Shown here in pieces: positions 12,134-25,480 of a stretch of 64,000 nucleotides of DNA. Each line of letters begins with the position of its first letter. Within the stretch, counting starts at the first letter, position 1. This DNA comes from Psammoneis japonica. Taxonomy: Eukaryota. The notes under the pieces were generated by a model. The model saw only the letters and a program-made list of their open reading frames with translations, was not told the DNA's origin and did no database searches. The stretch lies in contig QPGO01000178.1 of NCBI GenBank assembly GCA_008632985.1, positions 1 to 64,000 on the forward strand, read 5' to 3'. The position numbers and the translations under genes are program-made.

Positions 12134-14258
12134 ATGCTTGCACATCTACTTACTCTCAGCTATTTCATTTTCTTGAATGTTTCCGTCGCAAGCTTCGCGC
12201 CTTTGACAGCGGGTGGCAGCAATCCCCGAATCGACTCGCGCCCCTTTGGAGTCAACACGCCTTTAAAGTACCGGAATCAACCGGGCGAGCCCTTCATCGA
12301 AAGCTCTGATGAGTCGGAAGCCAAGCTGGTCATATTGCAGATCACAGATGTCTACACATTAGAGAATCTCGCATCCTTTCGCACCCTCGTCCAAGAAGCT
12401 AAGCGACAAGCACAGGGCGCTGAGGTTGTCTGCATGTTGACGGGGGATTTCCTGTCGCCCTACCTCCTCAGTTGTGTCGACAACGGAGCAGGTATGATGA
12501 ACGCGTTAAACAAAATACCGTTAGATTACCTGACATGGGGTAACCACGAGGCCGACATTGACCACAGGCAAGTCGTACGACATGTGCGAAATTTTCAAGG
12601 CAAGTTTATCAACAGCAACATGCTAGACCACGAAGCCATGGACTCGCAGCTTGAATGTGATTCGATCACAGTTACTTCCCGGATGGCACAAATACTCGCA
12701 AGGTTGGTCTATGTGCCGTCCTCTCGGACGATCCCAAGCTCTACGAACACTTCAAGGCACCAGGTGCGTTTGGCGGCGCAACCATAACAAACCCGTGGGA
12801 AGCACTGACCAAATACAAGGATATCCTAGAAGGCCCCGAGCACAATTGCGACGTGGTTATTCCATTGCAGCATTTGTATGTGCCTGACGATCATAAGACA
12901 TGCAAGAATTTTGAGTTTCCCGTGATTTTGTCGGGGCATGACCACCACGTAGTCGACGAAACAGTTTGTGGAACTCGTCTCCTCAAGCCCGGTCAGAATG
13001 CCGAAACCGCGACAATTCTGGAGGTATCGTGGAAGGATAACGACAAGTCTTCAAAGCCCACTATTCGCGGTCGATTCATTGAATGCAGCAACTTTGAGCC
13101 GGAACCTGTCCTAGCGGCAGAGAACGAACGAGCATACGATGCACTGCTTCCTCTTCGAAATACTGAGCTAACCACCGTGCCGTCATCCTTTGAGCCACTT
13201 TCCTCCAATAATTCTCGGGAGAGCGTCTGTACCATGGGACGATTCATCTGTCAGCTGATTAAAAAATCCATGAATATTTCACGGAATCAAAGAAATCACA
13301 AGGTCGACGCCGTTCTGTTGATGGGTGGCAACATCCGTGGCAATACGGACTATCCAGAAGGTTCTTTCTTTAGCTTGGAAGCTTTGGAGGCAGAAATCAA
13401 GTCGGATGAAGTGATTGCTGTTGTGCCCATGCCAGGTTGGCTCTTAGCCGAGGGAGTCCAAGCTACGCACGCTGGAGACCCCATTCCAGGTTGGATGCAA
13501 TACGATGATGATGTCGTAGCGGACACCAGCGTCCACCCGCCTGTGGTGACCCACGTGGGTGGCAAGCCGATTTCTCCGAATCGCATTTACCGAGTGGCCA
13601 CCAAATAAGCGACCTGACCAATGGACAATGTAAACCCTGGACGGAATACTACAATGCGCACCCAGAACTTCTGCCACCAAAGGGAGCTTATGTCAACATT
13701 CAGGCTGAGCTCTTGACGTACTTTGCTAGAAGTCTGTGGCGCAAGCTATGGAATGCGATTTCGAAAGAGGTGGATGTCGAGGAGTGTCGTCTGGACAATT
13801 CGTGCAATGTACCGGAAGAGTTCCTGGAGGCACTGGATTTGAGTGGAGACGGAATCATATCGGTGGAAGAGATCCATGTGGCATTGGAGGAGAAGTTGGG
13901 TGTCTCCGCCGACAGTCGCGAGACCGCCTTGGCTAAGTTTGTGCACGCTTTTGCGGATACCAACGGTGATGGGACCGTGACATTAAATGATTTCAAGGTC
14001 TTCTACAACGAAATGCTTGAAGACGACAACGAGCAATTGCAACTCGATGAGTATCCACGCGCACCGACACAAATAATGAGGGAAGTCGAATCCTATTACA
14101 AGGAATCAGAAGCAGCTCCGTCAGTGAAGGCGCTTGTGAATTCAGTTGGCAAGCAAATGAAGCATATTATCATGAAAGGAGCCCGTACAGGGAATGACAC
14201 AGTGGATCGACGTCGAACGTTGATGCCGCCGAAGAGATTACCGTTCCCAGCTCACTGA
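12134..14258 (+). CDS. 5'-nucleotidase-like calcineurin-type metallophosphoesterase with C-terminal EF-hand pair; probable bipartite plastid presequence
   Basis: Motifs QITDVY, TGDFLSP, WGNHEAD, LSGHDH and MGGNIRG; EF loops DLSGDGIISVEE and DTNGDGTVTLND; signal peptide ending VASFAP. Two -1 frameshifts in homopolymers (~12679, ~13604). Confidence 0.85.
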
Positions 14259-15078
14259 ACAGATTCCTGTAAGGAGTCTTCCACAGATGTTTTGTACCAA
14301 AAATCAGTTGCGTCCGTACTCTGTGGCCCCACCTCACTATGCTACGGCGTCCTCATCCTCCCGCGTATCGGCGACTCTATGGTATTCGCCGGTTATATTG
14401 TTTATCACGGTCGTCATGGCTTTGCCTTCCTCTCCAGAGACATGGATCGGGGATGATATCCCTAGTTATGTGCCTGAGGGTATCCGTGCAGTCTTTCCGT
14501 CTAATCTGTAGTATCCTTTGCTCTCAAGATGCTCGTCTCGCATTCGATTGATGTGATAGGTGATAGCCGTGCTCGTCTACGTCTTTGTCGCGACTCTCCC
14601 GGATATATGGCTATCGCGCCAGAATCTCCAGGCCAAAATGGCTATGGCGCCTCCTATCGACGCATTGGACCTTGCTTCGATTGATGTGATAGCCGCGGTT
14701 ATATATACTGCTGCGTGGGGACTCCCCGGGCATCATGCCATCACGCCCCTTCCCCCTTCCTCTTGTCACATTTGTAACGTTTCTTTGACCACGATTCTCT
14801 CTTACGATGTCCCATGAATCTCAAGCAAACCCTCGGGATCACGATGGATTTTGCAACCATGTGCCACGTTGATTGCCGCACTCAGTGGCGTGGTGACAAC
14901 AGGAAGAAGAACTTGTTGCACTTGCACTGTTGACATACCTTGCCTCAACAACGTAAAGCGTTTCGGTAACATGTGAAAAAAAGATCAAGAGATCCGAGCT
15001 GACGGCTGGCGCTGAAAGCACTCCCAACTCCCAACTCCTTTCAATTTTCCGAAAAATACAGTACTGTACGCTCTACTA

Positions 15079-15104
15079 CTCTCTCTACTAGAGAGTAGAG
15101 AGAG
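15079..15104. promoter_or_regulatory. (CT)n-TA / TA-(AG)n hairpin motif
   Basis: ctctctctact-agag-agtagagagag is a perfect 11-bp stem. Related motifs at ~17446-17500, 36520-36558 and 41252-41284. Regulatory role is inferred from position only. Confidence 0.4.
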
Positions 15105-15527
15105 CGTAGTCGTAGCCAAAAAAAATCTTTTTGCCTCGCGGATGACCCTTTTTGAACTGATGTGAATTTCCGAGATCGCAAGACAAAATGGGGTGTAAAT
15201 GACTTTGCGAAAAAACAGTGCAACTGCCCATATAGTCATTGAATACCGAGACAAATATTGTAATAATTACTTTATTTAACAACAAAAACCATTTTCTATG
15301 TCTCTGTCTTTTTCTTACTTAAAGACAAAGTCATTTTGATTTTGTATAAATGTTCAGATCACATAACAAAAGAGAATTTCTTGAATTTGGTTGGTGACCG
15401 GTGACAACCATCTTCATCCACTTCGTCCTCTTTTCTTCTCACAAAAAAGCAAAATCACCAAAGAGTGATCAAATACACTTACAGTACACTACAGACAGCC
15501 AAAACGTTGACTCTTCGAAAGAGCACC

Positions 15528-16863
15528 ATGCGTATCTATCCCTTGCTTTCCTTTTGGCGACATGCGCCATCAGCGTCCATGGATCGGTGACTGAGGACAA
15601 CAACGCCTCTGTAAGTTTTGTTTTTAATAATGATTTCATTCATTCTTCTCGTTGCATAATCCCAGTTCTCATTACAATCCCTTGCCCCTCTGTCATGTGC
15701 AGCTTGAAGACCTATCTGGAGGAGATCCCATTGAAGAAGAACTAGGTGACGTTGTCGTCTTGGAAGGAGATGAGGAACACCGTTCTTTACGTCGGCGTCC
15801 TTCACGCAATCGACCCTCCACTAGAGATGCCTTGCCCACAGGCGTCACTGCTCATACCGATAACCGTGGCGTCACAACCTACACGTTGAGGATTGGCGTC
15901 TGGTATTGGCTTAGGGCGCGAGATGTGTGCATCAATCCTATCGAGTGGTGCAACACGTACATTTCGGAGAAGTTTGTTCTCGAACAAATGTACTTAGACA
16001 GGGGTGATGATTTGAGTGGTGCCTGGGCGATGGCGGAAGCAGGGGCCACCTGTTGGGCCGCTGCTAAGGCAGTGGCAAGGATGAATGGCCTTGTTCGTGG
16101 GCAAGCCGTGCTCACCGTCAAGCAACGAGGACGTATCGGGCCAGTCAACGAAATCAATTTCAGATCTCATTTGCATACGGCTTCGGTGTCTGTCGCATTC
16201 GCCGAAAGTGAAGCCCAAGCTGCCGCCGATTCTTCCGGGGTTGCTGGTGCTACGGTTGAACCGAATGGGATTTGCAAAACCATCGGAGTTTCCCACAGTC
16301 AATACAAGCAGCTCTGTACGGAGGGTTATGGAGAAGTGGAAGCTTATGGCGAGGCGGATGCTGTTTCGACCGCTACCGGTTTCTCCCGTGCGCTTGCAGA
16401 GTCCAGGACTTCTCAGGCAGTGAGCGTTATAGCCAAAGGCAGGAGCGTGGAGTACTTTGATGCCGTTGTGGTTGGAGGAGCGTCAACCTTCGCTAGGGCC
16501 AGATCCCGAAGTATTGCCACGGCCTACACCAATGTCATCGCCGATGCCCTAGCTTACTCTTGGGTCCAGAACTGTGTCGAGTGGAGGACGCACTACTGCA
16601 CTCAGCATTGGTTTCCTTGGTGCGGCTGGAATGTACAGGAATTCTGTCGCTCCGCAGAGGCTGACACCCGCGCAAGGGTTGGTTTCAGTTCCTCTGACGC
16701 CTTTGCCCAGGCTATCGCCAGGTCTTTCTCTAACCTCGAAGTGTCGGTTGCATTGAATGCGTATTTTGAACGCGACCCGCTTACTGGCAAGATCGACATG
16801 GGCTTGAACACTAAGTCTGGTTTCTCTGCAGCAGTCGCATCTACCTGCCGGGCTGAAACCTAG
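15528..16863 (+). CDS. Hypothetical secreted Ala/Cys-rich protein
   Basis: Signal peptide (YLSLAFLLATCAISVHG, needs a one-base correction after the ATG), intron gtaag..tgcag at 15611-15702, RSLRRR processing-like site, long ORF to TAG at 16863. Confidence 0.7.
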
Positions 16864-17729
16864 AGAGGAGGAATGATGGAACGTGTTGAGCTCGTCTATT
16901 CGTTCGGTGTTGGACGACTTATTAGGAAGTGCATGATGTTTAGGAGAGATCGAGCAGTAGAAGATAAAGGAGTTACTGAAACGGTCTCATCATGAGTGGT
17001 ACAAGTTGACAGGAGATGGCGGCTTGAAGCTTGTGTCGCAAAATGATAATGCGTACTTAGCAAGTATATCTGTTTTTAATCAGTTGCAAACGTCACAGCT
17101 CTACTCTACGTAGGGACGAAGGCTATAAATTCATGACACCTGTCGTGTGCGTTGAGTGTGGCGCCTGAAGATCGACCCAGTCGTTGTGCCGTATCATCAC
17201 TGGACCAGGCGACGAAATCTTTGCTCGTACGGTACCAGCATTGCTGGCTTTACATTCTACCACCGTACCGCGCACGGTATAAATTCAAACCGGGAGTTTG
17301 TGGAGGCGACGATCGGATTCTTTGGACTCTAGTAGACAGCCTATGGCATATTTTTCATGTTGTTCACGACCAAGGTTGAGGTATCTACACGAGAGCCGTT
17401 GTTTCTGTTGAACTTTCTTCTCGTACTCTAGCATGCATGAATGCATAGCTCTAGCTAGAGAGGAGCTAGCTAGAGTAGTAGCTACTCTCTACTCTCTATT
17501 GGCTCTACCGGTACTTCCTACCGGTATTCTCTATCTACCTAACATTCATTCATCTGGCATTGAGTCAGTCCGCCAACCGCCCAACCCACATGAGACGCAC
17601 GAGAATCGAGAATGCAACATGAGAAACGCTTCCGACTTCCGAACGACTGCCATAATGATGGGCATGCGGTGTTTGTTTGCTAGCTGTAAGCCATATTCTA
17701 AACGATTTCCATACAGTACGACCCAAAAC

Positions 17730-18983
17730 ATGAAGATCCTGAACTTCTTCTGTGCCGTGTCGTTTGTTGTATCGTGCTGCAGTGCCTTCTCTACGGGTAC
17801 TACTGCCGACACGGTGCGAGACATGCTTTGGGGAATGACCACGTACGTGTCGTCCATGGTGGACACTTCAAAGCAACGCTTCTATTCCTGTTCGTTGCCT
17901 CCATTGGGCGAGCGTATTCATACGCATTGTCCTATTCGAGAACTTGGTGTCGCCTGGGATTCCACCACTGTTCTTTCTTTCTGGAAAAATCAGTGTAAGG
18001 AGCAGCTGAACCGAGAGGAGTTTCACCTCTGTCAGCAGAGACTGCGCAGTGCCACATGCAATACTCTGCAAGTGTACAGTAAAGTATCAAACGTTCAGTC
18101 ACAAGAAGATGATGGTGCTATGGCTGTTAGTTTCGATATTTTGCGCGAACCTCCCAACGTGGCACATTCTGCGTTTGTCACCTTCGTCTCAATTGGTGCG
18201 CTACGTTTGTCATTTTTTCAAGATCCGAGTACGATTCCACCCATTAATGGCTTGGTTCAAGGTATTTTGTCCATGCAGCATTCCAATGGAGCCTTTTGTA
18301 GTCAGTTTGGTAGTGATGACATTTATGGTGGTATTGAGTTCTATCCGGGCGAAGCCATGGTGGCCTTGATGGAGGTTGATGAATTGGAGTGTTCTGATGA
18401 TCCGATAAAAGGCATTGTGGATGGAACAACGAGACAAGCGATTGTTCCAACCATGATTCGAGCTTTTCGTTTCTACTCCGACTACTACCGTACCGGTACT
18501 GTGGATACCAACTTTCACATTTGGCAGGTCCAGGCGTTTGCGAGACTCTATTATGCATTGAATCGCAACACCAATGAGCGGCAATCGAGATATGAGGCAG
18601 CTTCTGTAGCCGCTTTTGTTTTGGACATGTGTCAGGATATTATCAACTCGAGGGCTTGGAAGGAACTTGCCAGGGGAAAGAGTTTCTATCCAAACCTCGA
18701 AACGGTGGAGATTGCATGTGGTCTGGATGCTGTCGCTGAAGGTATCCGTGTGGCGCTAGATTCTTCTGAAGAACAAAAGGCAAAACTATTTTGGAGAAAT
18801 GCGGAGAACGCAGTGGACTTTTTGAAATTTGTGCAGGATCAAGTGCCTCCCGAAGCGACTGTTGGAAAAGGTGGACTTGGATACGGTGGAATGCAGGTTC
18901 TGGAACAAAGACTGGATGTGACCGGACATGCCATTAGCGCTCTGACAAAGATTTATCAGGTTAATGATAGGTGCCGTGTGTAG
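17730..18983 (+). CDS. Hypothetical signal-peptide protein, possibly an alpha/alpha-toroid (six-hairpin-like) fold
   Basis: 417-aa ORF from MKILNFFCAVSFVVSCCSAF; motifs MQHSNGAF, EFYPGEAMVAL and RLDVTGHAISAL. Fold assignment tentative. Confidence 0.7.
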   Translation: MKILNFFCAVSFVVSCCSAFSTGTTADTVRDMLWGMTTYVSSMVDTSKQRFYSCSLPPLGERIHTHCPIRELGVAWDSTTVLSFWKNQCKEQLNREEFHLCQQRLRSATCNTLQVYSKVSNVQSQEDDGAMAVSFDILREPPNVAHSAFVTFVSIGALRLSFFQDPSTIPPINGLVQGILSMQHSNGAFCSQFGSDDIYGGIEFYPGEAMVALMEVDELECSDDPIKGIVDGTTRQAIVPTMIRAFRFYSDYYRTGTVDTNFHIWQVQAFARLYYALNRNTNERQSRYEAASVAAFVLDMCQDIINSRAWKELARGKSFYPNLETVEIACGLDAVAEGIRVALDSSEEQKAKLFWRNAENAVDFLKFVQDQVPPEATVGKGGLGYGGMQVLEQRLDVTGHAISALTKIYQVNDRCRV

Positions 18984-19507
18984 TACGTTTTATGTTGAGG
19001 TTGAACACACGAACAAATGCGAGTTGAGAAGAACAACGACCGACGATGGTTGCGCTTGGAACGCTTTTTCTTTTGGTTTATCGTGGTAGCCAAAGCAATG
19101 CTCGCTCTGAAAGAATGTGGATTACACATTACACAACAACCAACGCCTCGAAATGAAAGATGTAGTATGTGAGAGCTGTTTGTGCCTTTTTGCAGAAAAA
19201 GCCAAAAATAAGACTAAAAACGACTATACGTCACGAAATTCCAAAAACGAATGAGAATGACCCGACGTTTTGCCGTCATTTTGAACTGCCCCGAAAACGC
19301 GTTTCTGCGCAAAAGCACGAGGTCATTGACACTTTCGGATCTTTGGACAAATACGAGAATGTTCGCGATATTCTTCTCACAATTTGGAAAACGTCGCCAC
19401 TCGTCTTGCTGCGATACTTATTGTCGCCGACCTTTTATCACCTCTGCGCAAACGATCGTTGGGCTCCCCTCTCATAACTTGCATCTTGAGCTCAACTTTA
19501 TTTCGCG

Positions 19508-20068
19508 ATGAAGTGGATTTCTGGCATCTTATCAGCCACGACCGTGGCATTCTCCGCCATGCAAGTCCACGGAAAACACCAAGAGGGCATCCAAGAAAAG
19601 CGCAAACTTCATCATCGTCGAAGACGACATGACAAAAATCTCCACACCCTCAAAATCCGTCAACTTCGTTACAACGACGTGGTTTTAGCCAATGGAAGTA
19701 CCAATGCTTCCGACATTGGCACCAGCTACATCTTTACCGAATACATTCTGGAACCTGATAATGAGCTTCCACTCGGATTCGTCGGTGGCCAATGCACAAG
19801 ATATGGATCAGCTGACGGTGAGAATCCAGGTTTCGGGTCGTGTCAGTTTACGTACGGGGATAAAACAGGAAACACTGTCACAGTCAATGGACTACTTTTC
19901 GATGGCGGCGGAGTTCTTGCTGTGACAGGCGGAACCGGTGAATTCATGAGAGCAAAGGGCCAGGTTTCATTGTGGCCATATGAAGAGGACTTAATCACTT
20001 CTGCTACTGGAGACATTTTTGAGGACGTGGCAGTCTATCGTGGAGAGCTGGAAATCGTTTATCGTTAA
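19508..20068 (+). CDS. Dirigent / allene oxide cyclase-like beta-barrel protein, secreted
   Basis: Signal peptide; G-x-C-T motif; LAVTGGTGEFMRAKGQV signature. Confidence 0.8.
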   Translation: MKWISGILSATTVAFSAMQVHGKHQEGIQEKRKLHHRRRRHDKNLHTLKIRQLRYNDVVLANGSTNASDIGTSYIFTEYILEPDNELPLGFVGGQCTRYGSADGENPGFGSCQFTYGDKTGNTVTVNGLLFDGGGVLAVTGGTGEFMRAKGQVSLWPYEEDLITSATGDIFEDVAVYRGELEIVYR

Positions 20069-20383
20069 AGGGATGGCGAAAATTAAAATCGGTCCGCAGC
20101 AGCGTTACTGTCGTATGGTAATGGCTCTAACGTAATGACAGAAGATTGTGAATAGCTTTCATAAGAATCCTTTCTTTTTCTTTGTTTTAATACACTCAAA
20201 TGACACTCATCACTATCGAACACTACATGCTGACTCCTGATGTCGCCAACTGCGTTGTTTTTGACGCGTTGTTAGACGAGAGGGCTCTCCGCATAATATG
20301 CTCTCTATGTCATGATTAAAATGCGCTGACAAGATAATATGAATTTGATGATTTAGTCCAAACAGTACAATGGGAAGCAGCAA

Positions 20384-23300
20384 CTAAGTTGGTCCGTAGT
20401 GGCTCAAGTCTGAGGCACCTCCTTGGCTTCCATGGCGACGTCCACCTCCGTAACTACGATTTTCTTGCCCGCAGGAACGGACGTAGCTCAAGTCTGAGGC
20501 ACCTCCTTGGCTACCATGGCGACGTCCACCTCCGTAACTATGATTTTCTTGCCCGCCGGAATGGACGTAGTATCTATCGCTGTCGTCGTGTTTACGGCCT
20601 CCTCTCCCATGACTCTGGTAGTAGCGCTTGTGCTCTTCGCTTCTATGAAATTCCCGACGACTCCTCTCACGAAATTCGCTTCGCACACCGCTGCTGTGAT
20701 GCCTGCGCCCGTCTCGGTTCTCATAGTAGCTGTGCTCACCATCTTCATAGTATCTGTCCCGGCCATGATGGCTTCGCTGTCCCCTACCATGGTCGCCTGC
20801 TCTCGAAAATCTCCTCGAGTCGTACGATGATTGGTTCCTGTAAGTGTCTCCGTTGCCGCAGTCGCTGGCACGGCGGTCGGATTGCGCCCGATGCCCATTG
20901 GTGAGTGTTTGAGGACGCCAATCGCGATTCTCGCCCTGTCGGTCTTCTGTGCTGCACTCTTTGCCTCTTCTACTTGTACTCGTAGAATCACCAGTTGAGC
21001 CGTAGGCAGAATGGCTTCTATCAGCACTTCTTTTTTCATCATCACTGGCACTGCTCTCAGAAGGCAAAACGTCAACATCCTGCTCACTCTTAATGCGCAC
21101 CTGAGACTGCCCACTGCGAATATCGCTATGACAGCCGTGAGCGTTCTCCGTTACGGCTGAGCTACGTTCACGCTCAGCGAACTCCCCGGGAGCTTCCGAC
21201 TTTGTGCTGTCGGAGAAAAGGAGTGTATCAGCAGGCTCATTCGAGTCTTGTTTAACAACGACTTCTCCATCCTTCGTATCTGTTGCCTCGAAGCAGTTCT
21301 GCAATGTAGCCCCCGACACCGCGTTGCTGTTCAATACGGCTGGCGCACACTCGGCGTGATCACGGTCAGCAGCATTTGTAACATCAGTTTCCGACGGTAA
21401 ACCGCCTTCTTCTTCCGCATGGTCCTCCTGCTGTTTAACCGGCGAAGCAGCTAAGGATGCACCATCAACACTTTCGGGCGGGACACCGTCACCATCGCCT
21501 AATTCTTCCACAGGTGCTTCGAGAATTGTAGTGTCCGCAACTGCTGTCTCCCATTCATACTTGCAAGAAAAACGCTCGTATTTCTGCGCAGCAAAATGAG
21601 TTGAAGGGCTTTGAGCAAATGCTCCATAATCGGGACCGAGAAAGCATTGCCAACTAAGCGCTTGGCATATGATGATGAATTGAAGTGTGATTTTGAACCT
21701 TGCGGCAACATCGACAACGACAAGACATAGCCATCCATTCCTACGCGATAAGCATCAGGCTTGCCGTGACAACCACCATTGAAATGATGGTACTTTTCAT
21801 CCAGTACTTCTTTCCAGTGTTTTCCAGTGACAATGGCCATCCCGTCATTCTGCAGCGTTTGAAAGAGGCTTTCAACGCTCTTCGACACGTATCCCCTGCA
21901 ATAAGTAGAACAAAAAATTAGACAAAGTAGCAATAGCAAATCAGGTAAGTTGTTTCAGTCTTCATACCTTGGATACCCCATCATAATCTCCCGTTCTTCT
22001 GCAGTCATGTACCGTCCTTCGTACTCGCCAGACTCAGTTTCCTTGTACACAAGCATGGTTGTCGTGTCAATTCGGGAAGCGGAAGCCATAAAAGTCCACG
22101 CGTTGGCCGACATGGTCTGTTCAAAACAGTGAGCGGCAAGTTTGTACCCATCTTCAAGGCATAAGGTGGCGGCGATCGGCGACAGATTCGTGGGGTGATC
22201 CAACGGACGCGACGGAATGTTTGTGAAAAACAAACGCTTTCGAACACAAGGCGACACATACTTGGCATCAAGCACAATTGGATCATAATCCCATCCAAAC
22301 GCGTCTTTGAGCTTCTCGAGGTCTTCATCCTTTAGAGGAACCTCCGAGTCATTCCTGATTACGACGTTTTCGACGCAATAGAAGAGAGGTCGTTCTTGTT
22401 TTTTGCTAATGTGACCAATCATCGTTGCTAAACGAAGCATATAGCTGCCCTGGATACCTTCCGTCCCTTTCCGGAATGCATTGACGGCTGAATAATCAAC
22501 ACAAGGCGGGCCTCCAATGATCAAGTCAATAGCTATGATGTATTCCGAGAGAGAAAAATTAGAGACAGCGGTTGGGCTTGCATAGCAAGTTGAGAAACAG
22601 CAACTTACGACCATGAGCTTCAAGAAAGCCATCCAGATTGCTTTCAATGTCTTCAAATTTTGAATAATACACGTACTCAATATTGTGGCTTTCCTTCAGG
22701 TCGGTATTGTAGCTGTCGTCATGATTCCAGCGATAAACGTGCGTGGCCACTTTGTCGTGCTCGCACACAATGACTTTGAGATTGCGATTCCGAGTCGCTT
22801 CAGAACAACAGACGCTGTTCCGACCCCTGCAAAGACATCCAAGACGGTAACCGGCTTTTTGTCATGCTGTATCTTTTTTGCCAACTCTTCGAACCATCTT
22901 CGGTTCTCGCGATAATCTGAGCTGAGGTTCAGAACTCCGGCTGGTTCTGGGTCATATTGTCCGTCGTACGCTTGCTGCTCCTGATTCTTGTACGATTCAT
23001 ACTGCTTGTGAACCTCTTTAGCACTAAACACATAAGGGCCCTTTTCTTCCGCTTCAGGCACTGTTTCAGCGTATGCAATGGTCTCGTAAGGTCCTGCCCA
23101 AGTGTCATCCGTGAAAAACGCCCCGTGGCAGCATCTACGATGGTGGACCATGCCGTCTCCCGACTGAATAAACAAACCACCACATACTTTGTCTATTCGT
23201 TCGGGTGGGCAAACGCACGTGGTACAGCAAAATGCAGTGTCAGCTGCCAGCACTTCCTCGGAGTGAATGATGGTTGCATCATCTGGCTGTTCATCCACAT

Positions 23301-23445
23301 TGGAAAAATCCCGATGCTCTTGTGAAACATGGTTGCGCTTGACACGCTTCTTCTTCTTTGGATTCTGGGCAGTGGATGAAGCACCTTTCGCTCTTGAAGG
23401 GCCTGGAGGAGGGTCTTTGCGGGGCAGTGGCTTGCGTCGCACCAT
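20384..23445 (-). CDS. DNMT3: DNMT3-like DNA (cytosine-5) methyltransferase with long low-complexity C-terminal extension
   Basis: Motif I VLDVFAGVG, II (V)CEHD, IV IIGGPPC, VI CVENV, VIII SPCVRKRLFFTNIP, IX RYMTAEEREIMMGYP, X KRLVGNAFSVPIMEHLL. Introns at 21896-21967 and ~22533-22608; -1 homopolymer frameshifts at ~22776 and ~21593. Confidence 0.85.
20402..20570 (-). repeat. 84-bp (28-aa) coding tandem duplication in the methyltransferase tail
   Basis: gctcaagtctgaggcacctccttggct at 20402 and 20486; peptide GQEN(H/R)SYGGGRRHGSQGGASDLS occurs twice. Confidence 0.9.
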
Positions 23446-24086
23446 GGTCGTGGACAATAATGCACAAGAAACAGCACAACAACAACCCACAACAACAACC
23501 TTGCAACTAACAACGCACTCAAAAACAAGAACTCGCCAAAAAAAGCTTGCGTGCGTATCCAGTATGCTGCCCAGAAAAAAGAAAAAAATGATGAGAAAAA
23601 CGACGATGACGTCACGAAATTTCAAGAACGGATTTATGAAACATGAAACATTTTCGAAAAAGACTTTTATTTGTCGAATATCTTTGGCCTTTTGAACAAC
23701 ATCTGGCGAAAAACACTCGAAACGAACCGAAATCCGCGACGTGTTTTTGGGTCGTGTTGCGTCAACTTTCGGTTTGGGTTGATGTTTTCTGCGTGACAAG
23801 AGGAGAACAGTTACACGTTCACTGCATTCGACTACTGTCTCTTGATGATGTTGGAACGAACGAGAGAATAACTGAAAAGCATAATAATGTCAAGGTATCC
23901 AGGTGCTCGAGGACAGCGACGAAGAAGAGTCGCACCGCTTCTTCACCGTGGGCGAGTATATGACGAGAACGTTGAAGTCGAACCTCTCATGGCTGCCTTT
24001 GAGAACCGCAATGTCGAAACGGGAATTGCAAGTCATGTAGTACCAGCCCCACGATTGTCAAATAATAATAAGAACCGGCTTGAACC

Positions 24087-25270
24087 ATGAATATCTCTCA
24101 GATGAGTGGCAGAGAACGAAATAAAAATAACATGGGATCGAGTGCAGACGAGTTGTTGTGGGCAAACGAAGAATCTTCCCCGTTGCTACAGAATCAATCA
24201 CCTCCATCATCCTCTCGCTACACATCACCTCAGCTTTCTCTTGTAGATCCAGCGGTACGCAAAGCAAAAGGCCATTTAGCCAAGATTCATCGTCATCATT
24301 CTTTATCAAGACACTACTCACCAACGAATCAAGGCAGCGTTGTTCTTGTCGTCGCACGGAATCGCAATCCCGCTCCCGACTCGGCCGGGTGGTTGTGTGC
24401 ACGTGGATGCTGTTGTTGTCAATGTGTCCGTACCAATCAAGTTGGAGTCGTGGAACACTTGGGTCGTTTTCAAGACTTGGTAGGGCCGGGTCGACATTGT
24501 ATACCGTTATGGCCCTTGACTCGTATTGCTGCTCGAGTATCCATGCGAATACAACAATTGGACGTCACGTTGGAAACCAAAACGCAAGACAATGTCTTTG
24601 TGCATTTGCAAGTTGTCATTTTGTTTCGTGTTTCCAATGTATACAAGGCTCATTACACCCTTTCCAATGCTCAACAACAAATCAAGGCGTATGTGTTGGA
24701 TGAAGTTCGATCGACCGTGCCACGCATGAATGTGAGCGAGGTGTTTGCGCAGTCGTCCGACATTGCGCTTAATTTGACACGACGATTGCAGGGTTGCATG
24801 TCCACGTTTGGATACGAAATTATAGACGCCTTGGTCAAACGGATCGCTCCCAATCCTCTTATTGTGGAATCCATGAATGAAATTAACGCCTCGAAACGAA
24901 TCAAGGATTCCATGCCCACAAAGCTGAAGCCTTCAAAGTGAAGCGATTGAAGGAAGCAGAAGCAGCTGCGGAACGATCTTTTTTGGAGGGAGTGGGTGTT
25001 GCAAATCAACGCAAGGCAATTGTAGCAGGAATGAAAGAAACTCTTCAAGCCTGCGAGGATCAGTTTGCGGCAAAGGACGTGATGGACATCTTGTTGCTTT
25101 CGCATTACATGGACGTGCTCGTTGCCATTGGAGGAACCAGCATGATGGTCCAACACAATCCAGGGAGACTTGTGGATCTTGAAGAACAATTATCTTGCTA
25201 TTTTAATGCAGAAAAGAACAAGAGAGACGAAGAGTCGGTTCCAGTAGAGATTCCCGATTTGCTGTGGTGA
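24087..25270 (+). CDS. SPFH/band 7 protein, HIR (hypersensitive-induced reaction)-like
   Basis: CCQCVRTNQVGVVEHLGRF, ETKTQDNVFV, IKAYVLDEVRSTVPRM, SMNEINASKR and LEGVGVANQRKAIVAG; one frameshift at ~24916; start codon uncertain. Confidence 0.9.
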
Positions 25271-25480
25271 GAAAAAGTGAGAAAGCTCCAAGATACTCGA
25301 GCTCTGTAGTACTAGGGCCCTAATAATACGTAGAATTCTACGGTGAATCCGATCAGATCTTTCGCTATCGGCATCGCGGCGCTGAAGTTTCAAGTTGTTG
25401 CTGCCATTTGTCTCGGTCTGAACTCTGCTACCTCCCTGTACCGCTATATATTTCGTCTTTCTCAAACATTTCATAAAATC

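Noticed and set aside
14287..14820. Short ORFs downstream of the nucleotidase gene
   Set aside because: No recognisable motif or consistent frame; left unannotated.
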